Shown piece by piece: positions 30,200-41,190 of a stretch of DNA of 64,000 bases. The notes below the pieces were generated by a model, which saw nothing but the letters and a program-made list of their open reading frames with translations, was not told the origin of the DNA and did no database searches. The translations under genes and the position numbers were made by a program. Source of the DNA: Nitriliruptorales bacterium. Its GTDB lineage: Bacteria > Actinomycetota > Nitriliruptoria > Nitriliruptorales > JAHWKO01. Position 1 is the stretch's first letter. Every line of letters starts with the position of its first letter. The stretch covers positions 4,855 through 68,854 of the forward strand of contig JBHELG010000084.1 in the NCBI GenBank assembly GCA_046263195.1. The letters are read 5' to 3'.

Positions 30200-31126
30200 T
30201 CACTCCCCGATCACGACATCGAGGCAGGCGTCGACGAAGCCTTCGGCGTCGAGCGAGGACACCACTTCGGCGGGAATGCCGTCGACGGGGTCGATGAAGG
30301 TCCGGACCGAACCCTCATGGACGGCGACCGTGACGGGCAGCTCCTCGACGGAGACGAAGCGGCGATCGACAAGGCACGCCACGGTCAGCGGGTCGTGCAG
30401 CGTCGCGACCTGGTCAGCGACGCGGAGGTCGCCCCCGCGCCTGAGCACCTCGGCCCAGCGATCCGTCAGCCAGGCCAGCGACTGGCACAGGCCATCGCCG
30501 TCGCGGAGCCGTTCGAGGTGGCGGCGAGTGACGATCGCGTCGACCGTGACGTTGCATGGCACGTAGAGCAGCGGAAGCCCGGCGTTCAACGAGCGCAGGG
30601 CACTGACCTGGTCGACGTTGACGTTGTGGTCGCGCGACGGTGCGACACGCGCCCCGTCCGACCGGGCCCCGAACACCCCGCCCATGACCGCCAGCTTCGT
30701 CACCCGCTCGGCGAAGCGGGGCTCGCGGTCGAGGGCAGCGGCGATGTTCGTCTGTGCTCCGATCGTCGCAAGGTGGAGGGGTCTTCCGGCCCGCGACGCC
30801 GCAACGCTTTCCTCGAGCAACAGGCCTACGCCGTCCCGTCGGGACAGCTCTGGTTGCTCACCAGGTTCGAGTAGCCCTTCGCCTTCATGGCCCATCCAGG
30901 CCGATCGGGGGCCTGCCTTCGGTGCGATGGAGCGTCCGGCCGCTACCTCTATCTCGGGACGTCCGGCCAGCCCGAGGAGCTTGCGAGCCATGTGCCCGCG
31001 GCGCCGGACATCACCAGAGACCGTCGTGACGGCGACGAGGTTGATGTCTGGATGGCGCAACGCGAACGCGAGCGCGTAGGCGTCGTCGACGTCCGTGCCG
31101 ATGTCGGTGTCGAGGATGAGATCCAT
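30200..31126 (-). CDS. Nucleoside hydrolase (IU-NH family)
   Basis: ILDTDIGTDVDDAYAL, VMGG, HNVNVD and LHDPL. Confidence 0.9.
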   Translation of the reverse strand: MDLILDTDIGTDVDDAYALAFALRHPDINLVAVTTVSGDVRRRGHMARKLLGLAGRPEIEVAAGRSIAPKAGPRSAWMGHEGEGLLEPGEQPELSRRDGVGLLLEESVAASRAGRPLHLATIGAQTNIAAALDREPRFAERVTKLAVMGGVFGARSDGARVAPSRDHNVNVDQVSALRSLNAGLPLLYVPCNVTVDAIVTRRHLERLRDGDGLCQSLAWLTDRWAEVLRRGGDLRVADQVATLHDPLTVACLVDRRFVSVEELPVTVAVHEGSVRTFIDPVDGIPAEVVSSLDAEGFVDACLDVVIGE

Positions 31127-31251
31127 GAGTTTGTGAGGATGGTCGTTCCATCATGCCAGTCGAAAGGTCGGCGGGCACCGCGGGTTCTGGCCACGCACTA
31201 CCCTGGCGGAGATCGGCACCACGAGCCGTTCAGCCTGCGGAGGACTGCGAC

Positions 31252-31548
31252 GTGCCCCTGTCACCCGAGGAGGTCCGCTACGTGGCGTGGCTTGCCCGCC
31301 TCGCGCTGTCTGACGAGGAGGTCGAACGCCTCGCGCCGCAGCTGAGCAAGATCCTCGACTACGCCGAGCAGGTCGGGGAGGTCGCTGCGGATGACGTCCC
31401 GCCCACCTCCCATCCCTACCGGCTGCGTAATGTGACTCGTTTCGACCGAATCCGCCCGTCCCTGTCCCGAGACGAGGTTCTCGCAGCCGCCCCGGACGCC
31501 GAGGACGATCGATTCGCCGTCCCACGCATCTTGGCGGAAGAGGTCTGA
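31252..31548 (+). CDS. gatC: Asp/Glu-tRNA amidotransferase subunit C
   Basis: [29 protein letters not shown]; GTG 31252 after GGAGG. Confidence 0.93.
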   Translation: MPLSPEEVRYVAWLARLALSDEEVERLAPQLSKILDYAEQVGEVAADDVPPTSHPYRLRNVTRFDRIRPSLSRDEVLAAAPDAEDDRFAVPRILAEEV

Positions 31549-31687
31549 GTGGGAGACCACAGGAACGACCTGGACAGAAAGGGCGCGGCTGGTCCAAGGC
31601 TGGGAGAGCCGCGTGAGACTGGTCCAAAACCCGACAGGGCCGTCCAGCGGCGCGAGGAGGCGGGAGGGATCTGATTTGGACGGCCCC

Positions 31688-33202
31688 ATGGAGCTCGTGA
31701 CGAAGAGCGCCACCGAGCTGGCGCGTCTGCTCGCGGCCCGGGAGATCACTGCGCGCGAGCTGGTCGATGTCCACCTCGAGCGCATCGCGGCCGTGGACGG
31801 GGAGTTGACGCATCCCGGCCAGCACGGCGTGCACGCCTTCCTCCATGTCGCAGCCGAGACGGCACGCGATCACGCCACTCGTGTCGATGAGCGCCGCGCC
31901 CGGGGCGACGAGCTCGGGGTCTTTGCGGGTGTCCCCCTCGCGTTGAAGGACGTGTTCAGCACCAAAGGCATGCCCACGACCTGCGGCTCGCGCATCCTCG
32001 AGGACTGGATCCCGCCGTACGACGCGACCATCGTGTTGCGCCTGCTCGCCGCCGACGTGGTGGTGCTCGGCAAGACGAACATGGACGAGTTCGCAATGGG
32101 CTCGTCAACGGAGAATTCAGCGTTCGGACCCACCCGCAACCCCTGGGACCTCGACCGCATCCCCGGTGGGTCCTCGGGGGGTTCGGCGGCGGCACTCGCA
32201 GGGCTCATGGCCCCCCTCGCGGTCGGAACCGACACGGGGGGGTCCATCCGCCAGCCCGCCGCCGTCACGGGGACGGTGGGTCTCAAGCCCACCTACGGTC
32301 GGGTGTCGCGCTACGGCCTGGTCGCCTTCGCCTCGAGCCTCGATCAAGCCGGTCCCATGGCCCGCACCGTGGAGGACACGGCCCTGCTCTACACGCTCAT
32401 CTCCGGTCACGACCCCCTCGACTCGACCTCCATCCCCAAATCGCCTGGCGACGTCCTGGGCAGCCTCCGCCGTGGGGTCGCAGACCTGCGCGTGGGAGTG
32501 GTCGGTGAGCTCGGAGGCGAGGGCTACGAGCCGGCCGTAGCGACCCGCTTCCGGGAGGCTCTGGAACGTCTCGCCGGCCTGGGAGCGGAGATCGTCGAGG
32601 TTTCGCTGCCCCATGCGCCGTACGGGCTGCCGGCCTATTACCTCATCGCCCCTTCGGAGGCTTCATCGAACCTTGCCCGCTATGACGGCGTCCGCTACGG
32701 ACTCCGGGTCGACGCCCCGACAGCCGAGGAGATGAACGCGTCGACCCGAGCTGCTGGTTTCGGCGACGAGGTGAAGCGCCGCATCATGATCGGAACCTAT
32801 GCCCTGTCAGCCGGCTACTACGACGCCTACTACGAGCAGGCGAGCCGGGTCCGCACCCTCATCCTCCGCGACTTCGAGACCGCCTTCACACAGGCCGATG
32901 TGCTCATGAGCCCCACTTCCCCCAACACCGCCTTTCTGATCGGGGACAAGGTTGACGACCCTCTCGCGATGTACCTCAACGACATCGCGACGGTCCCGGC
33001 CAACCTTGCCGGCGTGCCAGCCATCTCGATCCCCGCTGGGCTCGACGAGCGGGGCCTGCCGGTGGGCCTCCAGCTCATGGCCCCGGTCCTGCGGGAAGAT
33101 CTCCTGCTGCGTGCCGCCTGGGCCTTCGAGCAGGACCTAGCCTTCGACCCCGTCCCTCGAGGTGACAACGCCGTTCCCGTCCCGGCCGAGGTGGTCCCGT
33201 GA
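31688..33202 (+). CDS. gatA: Asp/Glu-tRNA amidotransferase subunit A
   Basis: [40 protein letters not shown] and [11 protein letters not shown]. Confidence 0.97.
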   Translation: MELVTKSATELARLLAAREITARELVDVHLERIAAVDGELTHPGQHGVHAFLHVAAETARDHATRVDERRARGDELGVFAGVPLALKDVFSTKGMPTTCGSRILEDWIPPYDATIVLRLLAADVVVLGKTNMDEFAMGSSTENSAFGPTRNPWDLDRIPGGSSGGSAAALAGLMAPLAVGTDTGGSIRQPAAVTGTVGLKPTYGRVSRYGLVAFASSLDQAGPMARTVEDTALLYTLISGHDPLDSTSIPKSPGDVLGSLRRGVADLRVGVVGELGGEGYEPAVATRFREALERLAGLGAEIVEVSLPHAPYGLPAYYLIAPSEASSNLARYDGVRYGLRVDAPTAEEMNASTRAAGFGDEVKRRIMIGTYALSAGYYDAYYEQASRVRTLILRDFETAFTQADVLMSPTSPNTAFLIGDKVDDPLAMYLNDIATVPANLAGVPAISIPAGLDERGLPVGLQLMAPVLREDLLLRAAWAFEQDLAFDPVPRGDNAVPVPAEVVP

Positions 33203-33272
33203 GCGGCGCTTCGGAGAAGCGCCGCGAAAGGAGCTGTCTTAGCTCCCCTGAGACAGCGACGGAGATGATCCG

Positions 33273-34865
33273 ATGAAAGAGGGTTGGGAGCTCGTGGTAG
33301 GGCTCGAGGTGCACGTCGAGCTGAACACCGCGAGCAAGATGTTCTGCGGCTGCGCGACCGACTTCGGCGCCCCACCCAACACCCGCATCTGCCCCGTGTG
33401 CGTCGGTCTTCCGGGTGCGCTGCCGGTCGTGAACGCGGCTGCCGTCGAGGCTGCCACGCGGCTCGGGCTCGCACTCAACTGCACCGTCGCGGAGACATGC
33501 GTCTTCCACCGCAAGAATTACTTCTACCCCGACCTCGCGAAGAACTACCAGATCAGCCAGTACGACCTGCCTCTCTGCAGCGACGGCTGGCTCGAGGTCC
33601 GGACGGAAGGCAGGGGAAACCGGGAGGACGGCCGGGGAAATCGGGAGGACGGCCGGGGAAACCGGGAGGACGGCCGGGGAAACCGGGAGGACGGCCCTGG
33701 GGGTCCTCGCGACGAGGGCGTCACCCGCGTTGGCATCGAGCGGGTGCACATGGAGGAGGACACGGGCAAATCGCTTCACATCGGAGCCACCGGCCGTCTC
33801 CACGGAGCCGCCCGCACCCTCATCGACTACAACCGCTCGGGTATCCCGCTGCTCGAGTGCGTGTCCCGTCCGGACATCCGCAGCCCGGAGCAGGCCCAGG
33901 CGTACCTGCGTGAACTGCAGGGCGTCGTGCGGGCGCTCGGCATCTCCGACGCGAAGATGGAGGAGGGCTCGATGCGCTGCGACGCGAATGTCTCGGTGCG
34001 CCGCCAGGGCGAGGAGTTCGGGACCCGCTGCGAGATCAAGAACCTCAATTCTGTTCGGTCGCTCGGGCGGGCGATCGCCTACGAGGCCGAACGGCAGATC
34101 CACGTGCTCGAGTCCGCCGGCGCGATCGTTCAGGAGACTCGCCACTGGGACGAGGACAGAGGAGTCACCGAGACCTTGCGACGCAAGGAAGCGGTAACCG
34201 ACTACCGCTACTTTCCCGACCCCGACCTCGTCGAGGTGGTCTCGCCTCCCGAGGAAGTCGAGCGGCTGAGAGCTACCTTGCCCGAGCTGCCGGCCGCTGC
34301 TCGTGCCCGGCTCGCCGCAAGTGGCGTGGACGCGGCCTTCTCGAGCGTCATCGTGGGCGCGGGGCTGTTGCACTGGTTCGACGAGGCCCTGGGGACGGGC
34401 GCCGACCCTCGCTCCGTGTCCATCTGGCTCACGGGGGAAGTCGTGGCCCAGCTCAACCTGCGCGGTCTCGATCCTGACGAGTCGGGGGTCACCGGAGCGC
34501 ATGTCGCCGAGCTCGTCCGCCTCGTAGAGGACGGCACCCTTTCGACGACTCTGGCCAAGGACGTCCTCGACACGGTCTTCGAGCTCGGAGGGCGCAAGAC
34601 CCCCGCCCAGGTCGCGGCCGAGCGCGGGCTCGAGCAGCTGTCGGACGTGACCGAGCTGCAGGGGCTGGTGGACAGGGTCGTCGCTACCAGCCCTGCGGTC
34701 GTGGCGAAGATCCGCGCAGGGGCGGACAAGGCAATCGGGGCGCTGGTCGGGCAGATCATGCGCGAGACTCAGGGAAGAGCCAACCCCCGGCTGGTCAACG
34801 AGCTGCTCCGGGAGGCTATCCGGGCGGACTCACCGGAAAACGACAGCAAGGCGGGAAGCGGCTGA
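33273..34865 (+). CDS. gatB: Asp/Glu-tRNA amidotransferase subunit B with repeat insertion
   Basis: [38 protein letters not shown] and YRYFPDPDL. Confidence 0.97.
   Translation: MKEGWELVVGLEVHVELNTASKMFCGCATDFGAPPNTRICPVCVGLPGALPVVNAAAVEAATRLGLALNCTVAETCVFHRKNYFYPDLAKNYQISQYDLPLCSDGWLEVRTEGRGNREDGRGNREDGRGNREDGRGNREDGPGGPRDEGVTRVGIERVHMEEDTGKSLHIGATGRLHGAARTLIDYNRSGIPLLECVSRPDIRSPEQAQAYLRELQGVVRALGISDAKMEEGSMRCDANVSVRRQGEEFGTRCEIKNLNSVRSLGRAIAYEAERQIHVLESAGAIVQETRHWDEDRGVTETLRRKEAVTDYRYFPDPDLVEVVSPPEEVERLRATLPELPAAARARLAASGVDAAFSSVIVGAGLLHWFDEALGTGADPRSVSIWLTGEVVAQLNLRGLDPDESGVTGAHVAELVRLVEDGTLSTTLAKDVLDTVFELGGRKTPAQVAAERGLEQLSDVTELQGLVDRVVATSPAVVAKIRAGADKAIGALVGQIMRETQGRANPRLVNELLREAIRADSPENDSKAGSG
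33609..33692 (+). repeat. In-frame 21-bp tandem repeat x4 (GRGNRED) inside gatB
   Basis: Units GGCMGGGGAAAYCGGGAGGAC at 33609, 33630, 33651 and 33672. Confidence 0.97.
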
Positions 34866-34974
34866 TTGAGCGGTTGAGGCCAGATCAACGGCGACACGGT
34901 CCGCTACCATGCCGCGTCGCGCCCTCGTCGCAGCAGGACCGCCTTTCGCCGGTACGAAGTCACCAGGAGGATCC

Positions 34975-35544
34975 ATGGGGCCCCTCCCGTCCGACGCGCT
35001 CGTCCGCATGGACTCGACGCATGACGCGTTCTGCTCGACCCCAACGGACGTCCGCGTGGAGGGGGAGCTCGACCTCTCCCAGCGCGTACCGCTGATAGCC
35101 CGAGCCACCATCTCCGTGAACACCGAGCGAGCTTTTCACGTCCTCGACGTCACCGACGAGGCCCGGGCGCTCGTGAGACGGACCGGAGCCCGAGACGGCA
35201 CCCTCGTCGTCTTCACCCCCCACACGACTTGCGCGGTGAAGATCAACGAGCGCGAGACGTGCTTCCTCGAGGACTTCCGGCTCTTCATGGAGCAGCTCGT
35301 GCCCAGTTCGGCCTACTACCGTCACGACGACTTCGAGCTTCGCACCGAGAACCTCGAAGACCCGGTGAGCGAACCGGTCAACGGGCACGCGCACATCAAG
35401 TCGATGCTGGTCGGTTCCTCCTCTGAGCACGTGCCCATCGTGGACGGCGAGCTGGCCATGGGTCGATGGCAGCGCATCATGTTCATCGAGCTCGACCAGG
35501 CCCGCCCCCGACGGATCGTGCTTCAGGTGCAGGGCTGGCGCTGA
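34975..35544 (+). CDS. YjbQ/UPF0047 family protein
   Basis: FTPHTTCAVKINE, NGHAHIKS and LAMGRWQRIMFIELD; AGGAGG RBS before ATG 34975. Confidence 0.85.
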   Translation: MGPLPSDALVRMDSTHDAFCSTPTDVRVEGELDLSQRVPLIARATISVNTERAFHVLDVTDEARALVRRTGARDGTLVVFTPHTTCAVKINERETCFLEDFRLFMEQLVPSSAYYRHDDFELRTENLEDPVSEPVNGHAHIKSMLVGSSSEHVPIVDGELAMGRWQRIMFIELDQARPRRIVLQVQGWR

Positions 35545-35665
35545 CGGCATCTCGCCGCCTCCCATCATCCACCGGACCTGAAACGAGTGGCGTCTTTCGG
35601 GTGCATCGTCACGCCACCGGGAGTAGCCTCCCCCAGGGGAAGCCCGAACCCAGGAAGGGGGGCCT

Positions 35666-36088
35666 ATGGAGCCAAGGGACGTGGTCGAGGCGTGGCTGGG
35701 CGCGTTCAACAATCACGACGCTGATCGTTGCGGGGAGCTCTGCGCCGACGACGTTCACTTCATGGCAGGTGGCGGCCGGGAAGTAGTGGATGGGCGCATG
35801 GTGCTCATGACGGACCTCAAGCTCGCGTTCGAGCACTGGGAGAAATGGACGCTCACCCCGAATCGATGGACCTGTGAGGATGACCGTGTGGTCGTCGAGG
35901 TCTACAACTACGCCATCTGCGGGGAGACGGGGAAGGTGCGCGAGGCGGAGGATTGCATCGTCTTCGTGGTGCGGAGCGGCAAGATCGCCGAGCTGGACTT
36001 GTACTTCGACTCAGCCGCGACCCGGGACGCGAACACCCGGTCGCCAATGACCACAACCGGCTCTCGAGCCGAATTGAGCGCTGTCTGA
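35666..36088 (+). CDS. NTF2/SnoaL-like protein
   Basis: DVVEAWLGAFNNHD...DRVVVE...FVVRSGKIAELDLYFD. Confidence 0.8.
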   Translation: MEPRDVVEAWLGAFNNHDADRCGELCADDVHFMAGGGREVVDGRMVLMTDLKLAFEHWEKWTLTPNRWTCEDDRVVVEVYNYAICGETGKVREAEDCIVFVVRSGKIAELDLYFDSAATRDANTRSPMTTTGSRAELSAV

Positions 36089-36261
36089 AGCCAACTGGCC
36101 CGTGTCCTTCTGCGCGTGGCAGTGGTATCTTCGGGTCGAGTTGACCCGGGTGGCGGGCGGCGTCAGCATTGGCGGCAACGGCCGCACCTGACTTGGCCAT
36201 GGTCTCGCGCGGCTGCGGCATCTGGGAGTGGCGTTGGCAGGAAGTATCTGAGGAGTAGCGC

Positions 36262-36330
36262 GTGCTCGCTCACGTAACGTTCGACATGCTCTCGCCAAGC
36301 GGCGTGGCCGTCATCGTCGTCGTGATGTAG
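36262..36330 (+). CDS. ilvB leader peptide (MLAHVTFDMLSPSGVAVIVVVM)
   Basis: GAGGAG RBS at 36250-36255, GTG 36262, TAG 36328-36330. Val-Ala-Val-Ile-Val-Val-Val run just before the stop. Not in the ORF track. Confidence 0.78.
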   Translation: MLAHVTFDMLSPSGVAVIVVVM

Positions 36331-36353
36331 CGCGGGCTGCGGTTCCTGGCTCG

Positions 36354-36377
36354 CGGACCTCCCGGACGGGAGGTCCG
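36354..36377 (+). promoter_or_regulatory. Attenuator-like hairpin upstream of ilvB
   Basis: Perfect 10-bp stem CGGACCTCCC / GGGAGGTCCG with a GGAC loop, between the leader stop and the ilvB ATG; no U tract. Confidence 0.72.
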
Positions 36378-36408
36378 ACTCATGAGGGACTGACGGAGGT
36401 GCAGGCGA

Positions 36409-38163
36409 ATGCAGGTGACCGGCGCTCAAGCGGTCATGAAGAGCCTGGAGATGCTCGGTGTCGATGTCGTCTTCGGTCTACCGGGGGGTGCGATCCTGCC
36501 CGCCTATGACCCGCTGCTCGACTCGTCCGTCCGCCACATCCTCGTCCGCCACGAGCAGGGTGCGATCCACGCGGCTGAAGGCTACGCGCATGCCACCGGG
36601 CGAGTCGGGGTGACGCTCGTGACGTCGGGACCGGGCGCCACAAACATCGTGACCGGGCTGACCGATGCGATGATGGACTCCATCCCGGTGCTCGCCATCA
36701 CCGGACAGGTCCCGACCAGTGCAGTCGGCTCCGACGCATTCCAAGAGGCTGACGTGACCGGCATCACCATGCCGTGCACGAAGCACAACGAGCTGGTCAC
36801 GGAGGTCGAGCGGGTACCCGCAGCCCTCAAGGAGGCGTACCACATCGCAGGAAGTGGCCGGCCCGGCCCGGTCCTCGTCGACATCCCCAAAGACGTGCTG
36901 AATGCCGTATTCGAGTGGCGCTGGCCCCAGCAGCTCAACCTGCCTGGCTACCGGCCCACCGTCCGTGGTCACGGCAAGATGGTGCGCGACGCGCTCGATC
37001 TCATCTCTCGGAGCCGCCGACCGGTCATCTACGCCGGTGGGGGCATCGTCCGGGCGAATGCCCACGACGAGCTGCGTGCCTTCGCGGAACTGCTCGAGAT
37101 TCCCGTCGTGACGACCCTCTTGGCCCGGGGGTCCTTTCCCGACGGCCATCCTCTCCAGCTCGGGATGCCGGGCATGCACGGGCTGTGGCACGCGGTGCAG
37201 GCCATGCAGGAGTCCGACCTGCTCATCGCGCTCGGCACCCGTTTCGACGATCGGGTCACCGGCAAGCTCAGCGCCTTCTGTCCCCGCGCCCGCATCATCC
37301 ACGTGGACATAGATCCGGCGGAGATCGGGAAGAATCGGGTGGCGGACGTGCCCATCGTCGGGGACGCGAAGATCGTGATCGGCCAGCTCGTCGAAGCCGC
37401 CCGCAAGCGCCCTGAGGAGGTGAAGCCCGACACGAGCGCCTGGCGGGCTCTGCTCCGACGTTGGCAGGAGGAGCACCCGCTGCGCTGGGAGCAGGATCCC
37501 GACGGGCCGCTGAAGCCTCAGACCGCCATCCAGGCGATGGGGGAGCGCTTCGGGGAGGAGGCGATCTACGTGGCTGGGGTCGGCCAGCACCAGATGTGGG
37601 CCTCGCAGCTGCTCAAGTTCACTCAGCCCCGCAGCTGGATCAACTCGGGGGGTCTCGGCACGATGGGCTTCGCGGTCCCGGCGGCGATCGGGGCCAAGGT
37701 CGGTCGACCTGACAAGAGGGTCGTGGTAATCGACGGTGATGGCTGCTTCCAGATGACGCTGCAGGAGCTGGCTACAGCCAAGCAGCACGCCATCCCGGTG
37801 GTGTTCTGCGTGGTGAACAACGGCTTTCTCGGCATGGTCCGGCAGTGGCAGGAGCTGTTCTACGACAGCCGCTTCAGTGAGGTGGAGCTCCCCCCAGACC
37901 TGCCGGATCTCGTCAAGCTGGCCGACGCCTATGGGATCCCGGGGCTTCGAGCCTCCACCGTCGAAGAGCTCGGTCCCGTGCTCGACAAGGCCTTCGAGAT
38001 CACCGACGAGTCGGTGCTCATCGACCTGCGGGTCGATCCCACCGAGAAGGTCTTTCCGATGGTCCCGGCCGGTTGCGGCAACGACGAGATCATCGAGTCC
38101 GCCGAGGAGTGGTGGGCCCGTCAGCACGGCCTGCCGCAGGCAAGCGAGCCCGAGACCGACTAG
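36409..38163 (+). CDS. ilvB: Acetolactate synthase large subunit
   Basis: FGLPGGAILP, VRHEQGA, TSGPGATN, GVGQHQMW and IDGDGCFQM. Confidence 0.97.
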   Translation: MQVTGAQAVMKSLEMLGVDVVFGLPGGAILPAYDPLLDSSVRHILVRHEQGAIHAAEGYAHATGRVGVTLVTSGPGATNIVTGLTDAMMDSIPVLAITGQVPTSAVGSDAFQEADVTGITMPCTKHNELVTEVERVPAALKEAYHIAGSGRPGPVLVDIPKDVLNAVFEWRWPQQLNLPGYRPTVRGHGKMVRDALDLISRSRRPVIYAGGGIVRANAHDELRAFAELLEIPVVTTLLARGSFPDGHPLQLGMPGMHGLWHAVQAMQESDLLIALGTRFDDRVTGKLSAFCPRARIIHVDIDPAEIGKNRVADVPIVGDAKIVIGQLVEAARKRPEEVKPDTSAWRALLRRWQEEHPLRWEQDPDGPLKPQTAIQAMGERFGEEAIYVAGVGQHQMWASQLLKFTQPRSWINSGGLGTMGFAVPAAIGAKVGRPDKRVVVIDGDGCFQMTLQELATAKQHAIPVVFCVVNNGFLGMVRQWQELFYDSRFSEVELPPDLPDLVKLADAYGIPGLRASTVEELGPVLDKAFEITDESVLIDLRVDPTEKVFPMVPAGCGNDEIIESAEEWWARQHGLPQASEPETD

Positions 38164-38173
38164 AAAGCCCTCC

Positions 38174-38701
38174 ATGCGCGATCGGCACACACTCTCCATG
38201 CTCGTCGAGAACAAGCCGGGCGTGCTGGCCCGCATCGCCGGGTTGTTCAGCCGGCGCGGCTACAACATCCACTCCCTCGCGGTCGGACCGACCGAGGACC
38301 CCCGGGTGTCTCGCATGACCATCGTCATCGCGGCCGAGGCTCCACATCTAGAGCAGGTGACCAAGCAGCTGAACAAGCTCATCAACGTGCTGAAGATCGT
38401 CGAGCTGGATCCAGACACCACCGTCGGTCGCGAGCTGCAACTGGTCAAGGTGAGCACCGAGGGGGGTACCCGCAGCCAGATCATCGAGCTCTGCGACGTG
38501 TTCCGGGCCAGCGTCGTCGATGTCGACCACGACTCGATGACCATCGAGACGTCGGGGTCGCCTGACAAGTTGGACGCGATGGTCAGCCTCCTCGAGCCAT
38601 TCGGGATCCGCGAGATGGTCCGGACCGGGCAGATCGCTCTCGCCCGGGGCAGCAAGTCGATCACGGACGGCTCGAAACTCCGGTTGCAGCGCATCGTCTG
38701 A
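38174..38701 (+). CDS. ilvN: Acetolactate synthase small subunit
   Basis: LSMLVENKPGVLARIAGLFSRRGYNI and QVTKQLNKLINV. Confidence 0.96.
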   Translation: MRDRHTLSMLVENKPGVLARIAGLFSRRGYNIHSLAVGPTEDPRVSRMTIVIAAEAPHLEQVTKQLNKLINVLKIVELDPDTTVGRELQLVKVSTEGGTRSQIIELCDVFRASVVDVDHDSMTIETSGSPDKLDAMVSLLEPFGIREMVRTGQIALARGSKSITDGSKLRLQRIV

Positions 38702-38705
38702 CGGC

Positions 38706-39512
38706 ATGGACAGACCCGGCGCAGTTGTCGAGTTCGCCGACGTGGGCTTCGTCCGCGAACGGCGGCCCATCCTCACTGACGTCACCTGGCGGGTTCGTCC
38801 CGGAGAGCGCTGGGTCGTGCTCGGCCCGAACGGGGCGGGGAAGTCGACCCTGCTGCGCCTGGCCAGCACCTACGAGCTGCCCACCTACGGGAGGGTGTGG
38901 GTCCTGGGCCGCCGAGTCGGGGGGGTGGACCTGCGGACCGTGCGGCCCCACATAGGCTACGTGAGTGCGTCGCTGGCCCGGGCCGTGGCCGAGCGCACCA
39001 CCGCCCTCGACGCCGTTGTCACCGGCAAGGACGCCAGTCTGCGCCGGTGGCGGCAGGAGTACACGGACGAGGACTGGCGGAAGGGGACTCGGCTGCTCGA
39101 GGAGCTCGGCTGCGGTCATCTGCTCGGCGCCTGGTTCTCCACCCTGTCCGAGGGCGAACGCCAACGGGTCCAGATCGCCCGCAGTCTCATGAGCGACCTG
39201 CAGCTGCTCCTGCTCGACGAGCCCACGGCAGGTTTGGATCTGGGAGGCCGCGAGCACCTGGTCGCTGCCCTGTCGCGGCTCGCCGCAGACCTCAGCCTGC
39301 CCGCTATCGTGTTCGTCACGCACCATGTCGAGGAGATCCCTCGAGGTTTCACCCACGCCCTGCTGCTGCGGGCCGGTCGCATGCTCGAAGCTGGACCGAT
39401 CGACGACGTACTGACCTCCACCAGCCTCTCCGCCTGCTTCGGCCTGCCGATCACGCTCGGACGGCACGACGGCCGCTACCTGGCCGCAGCGAGGGAGACA
39501 GCCCGTCTGTAG
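38706..39512 (+). CDS. Orphan ABC ATP-binding protein (ModF-like)
   Basis: [18 protein letters not shown] and LLLLDEP; no permease adjacent. Confidence 0.88.
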   Translation: MDRPGAVVEFADVGFVRERRPILTDVTWRVRPGERWVVLGPNGAGKSTLLRLASTYELPTYGRVWVLGRRVGGVDLRTVRPHIGYVSASLARAVAERTTALDAVVTGKDASLRRWRQEYTDEDWRKGTRLLEELGCGHLLGAWFSTLSEGERQRVQIARSLMSDLQLLLLDEPTAGLDLGGREHLVAALSRLAADLSLPAIVFVTHHVEEIPRGFTHALLLRAGRMLEAGPIDDVLTSTSLSACFGLPITLGRHDGRYLAAARETARL

Positions 39513-39550
39513 CGCGAGCCAACATCCGTTTGACGACGAGAGGGAGTGCC

Positions 39551-40552
39551 ATGGCCACCATGTGGTACGACGAGGATGCGGACCTGTCCCTCTTGGACGG
39601 GCGCACCGTGGCGGTACTCGGCTACGGCTCCCAGGGGCATGCCCACGCCCGCAACCTGCGGGAATCGGGTGTCGAGGCGGTGGTAGGTCTGCCGGAGACC
39701 TCCCGCTCGCGACAACGGGCCCGCGAGGCGGGTCTCGAGGTCCTCGACGTGAACGAGGCCGCCAGACGCGGGCAGATCATCGCCATGCTCCTGCCTGACA
39801 CCGCCCATAAGGCGGTTTACGAACGCGACGTCGCCCCTCACCTCGAGTCGGGCGACGCGCTGCTCTTCGCGCACGGATTCAACATCCACTTCGGGCAGAT
39901 CAGCCCGCCGTCCGAGGTCGACGTCGTCATGGTCGCTCCCAAGGCGCCGGGTCACCTCGTGCGCCGTACCTACGTCGAAGGCAACGGCACGCCAGCGCTT
40001 GTGGCGGTTCACCGTGACGCGACCGGACGGGCGCGCCAGTTGGCCCTCTCCTATGCGAAGGGGCTCGGCTGCACGCGCGCGGGAGTGCTTGCGACCACCT
40101 TCGCCGAGGAGACGGAGACCGACCTGTTCGGCGAGCAGGCGGTGCTGTGCGGCGGCGTGTCGAATCTCGTCATGAAGGGCTTCGAGGTGCTCGTCGAGGC
40201 CGGTTACCAGCCCGAGATCGCCTACTTCGAATGTCTCCACGAACTCAAGCTCATCGTCGACCTCTTCTACGAGGGGGGCCTGTCGCGGATGCGCTACTCC
40301 GTGTCCGACACCGCGGAGTACGGCGACTACGTGTCCGGGCCGCGACTCATCGACGAGGGCACCAAGCAGCGCATGCGGCAGCTGCTCGCCGAGGTGCAGG
40401 ACGGGTCGTTCGCGAAGCGTTGGATCGAGGAGAACGAGGCCGGCCGGCCCTGGTTCAACGAGGAAAGGCGTCGCCAGGCCGAACATCCCATAGAGCGGGT
40501 GGGCAAGGAGCTGCGGGCGATGATGAGCTGGCTGCCCCAACCCGAGGACTGA
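39551..40552 (+). CDS. ilvC: Ketol-acid reductoisomerase
   Basis: [36 protein letters not shown] and SDTAEYG. Confidence 0.97.
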   Translation: MATMWYDEDADLSLLDGRTVAVLGYGSQGHAHARNLRESGVEAVVGLPETSRSRQRAREAGLEVLDVNEAARRGQIIAMLLPDTAHKAVYERDVAPHLESGDALLFAHGFNIHFGQISPPSEVDVVMVAPKAPGHLVRRTYVEGNGTPALVAVHRDATGRARQLALSYAKGLGCTRAGVLATTFAEETETDLFGEQAVLCGGVSNLVMKGFEVLVEAGYQPEIAYFECLHELKLIVDLFYEGGLSRMRYSVSDTAEYGDYVSGPRLIDEGTKQRMRQLLAEVQDGSFAKRWIEENEAGRPWFNEERRRQAEHPIERVGKELRAMMSWLPQPED

Positions 40553-40566
40553 ACCTCGGGGGAGGC

Positions 40567-41127
40567 TCAGCCCGAACGGACTCCTCCCCCTGCCTCCTCC
40601 TTCTCCAGCTCTTCGTAGTCGAAGACGTTCTGAAAGATGTCGAGGTCGAGCTCGCCCTCGCCGTGCAGGACGCTGATGTCGCCGGTGGTCTCCAGGACGA
40701 CGGCACGCAAGGTGTCGTAGTTGTAGACGTTCGCCTCACGCAGCTTCGCGCGGACGTCGTCCCCGGTCACCCGCGACTGGCGGAGGTTGTCGTCGAGCAT
40801 CCGCTGGCCGGCCATCAGGATGAGCGGCTGGTTGTCGACGAGCCTGCTGAAGCGGTGGCGGCGTCGCCCCAGCGCGATCGCAAACTGCACGGCGTAGAGC
40901 GTCGCGAGCGCCACCAACCCGTCGAGGAGTGACGAGTTCGACAGTGAGATCGTCGCCATGAGCGAGCCGATGGCCACGGTGATGGCGAAGTCGAAGCTCG
41001 ACATCTTCGAGAAGCTCCGCAGCCCGAGGATTCGCGTGTAGGTCACGACTGCGGCGAAGATCCCGAGGGTCGAGGTGACGACGAGCCACAACGACGTCCA
41101 GCTCGTTCCGAGCTCCGTCTTGATCAT
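40567..41127 (-). CDS. DUF421/YetF family membrane protein
   Basis: GLRSFSKMSSFDFAITVAIGS...AVVLETTGDISV. Confidence 0.85.
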   Translation of the reverse strand: MIKTELGTSWTSLWLVVTSTLGIFAAVVTYTRILGLRSFSKMSSFDFAITVAIGSLMATISLSNSSLLDGLVALATLYAVQFAIALGRRRHRFSRLVDNQPLILMAGQRMLDDNLRQSRVTGDDVRAKLREANVYNYDTLRAVVLETTGDISVLHGEGELDLDIFQNVFDYEELEKEEAGGGVRSG

Positions 41128-41190
41128 CCCGCTGCTCCCATCTCGTGCGGGCCATCCTATGGCGTCGGTTCCACGTATCCTCATCTGATT

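Noticed and set aside
33609-33692. gatB repeat as CRISPR or intein
   Set aside because: Head-to-tail units without spacers, in frame, and no intein terminal motifs (C/S..HN).
36478-38235. Long antisense or alternate-frame ORFs (e.g. 36478-38235, 19762-21648, 33075-34502, 49300-50919, 56266-57741)
   Set aside because: They overlap well-supported genes, lack motifs, and are the expected shadow ORFs of high-GC codon usage.
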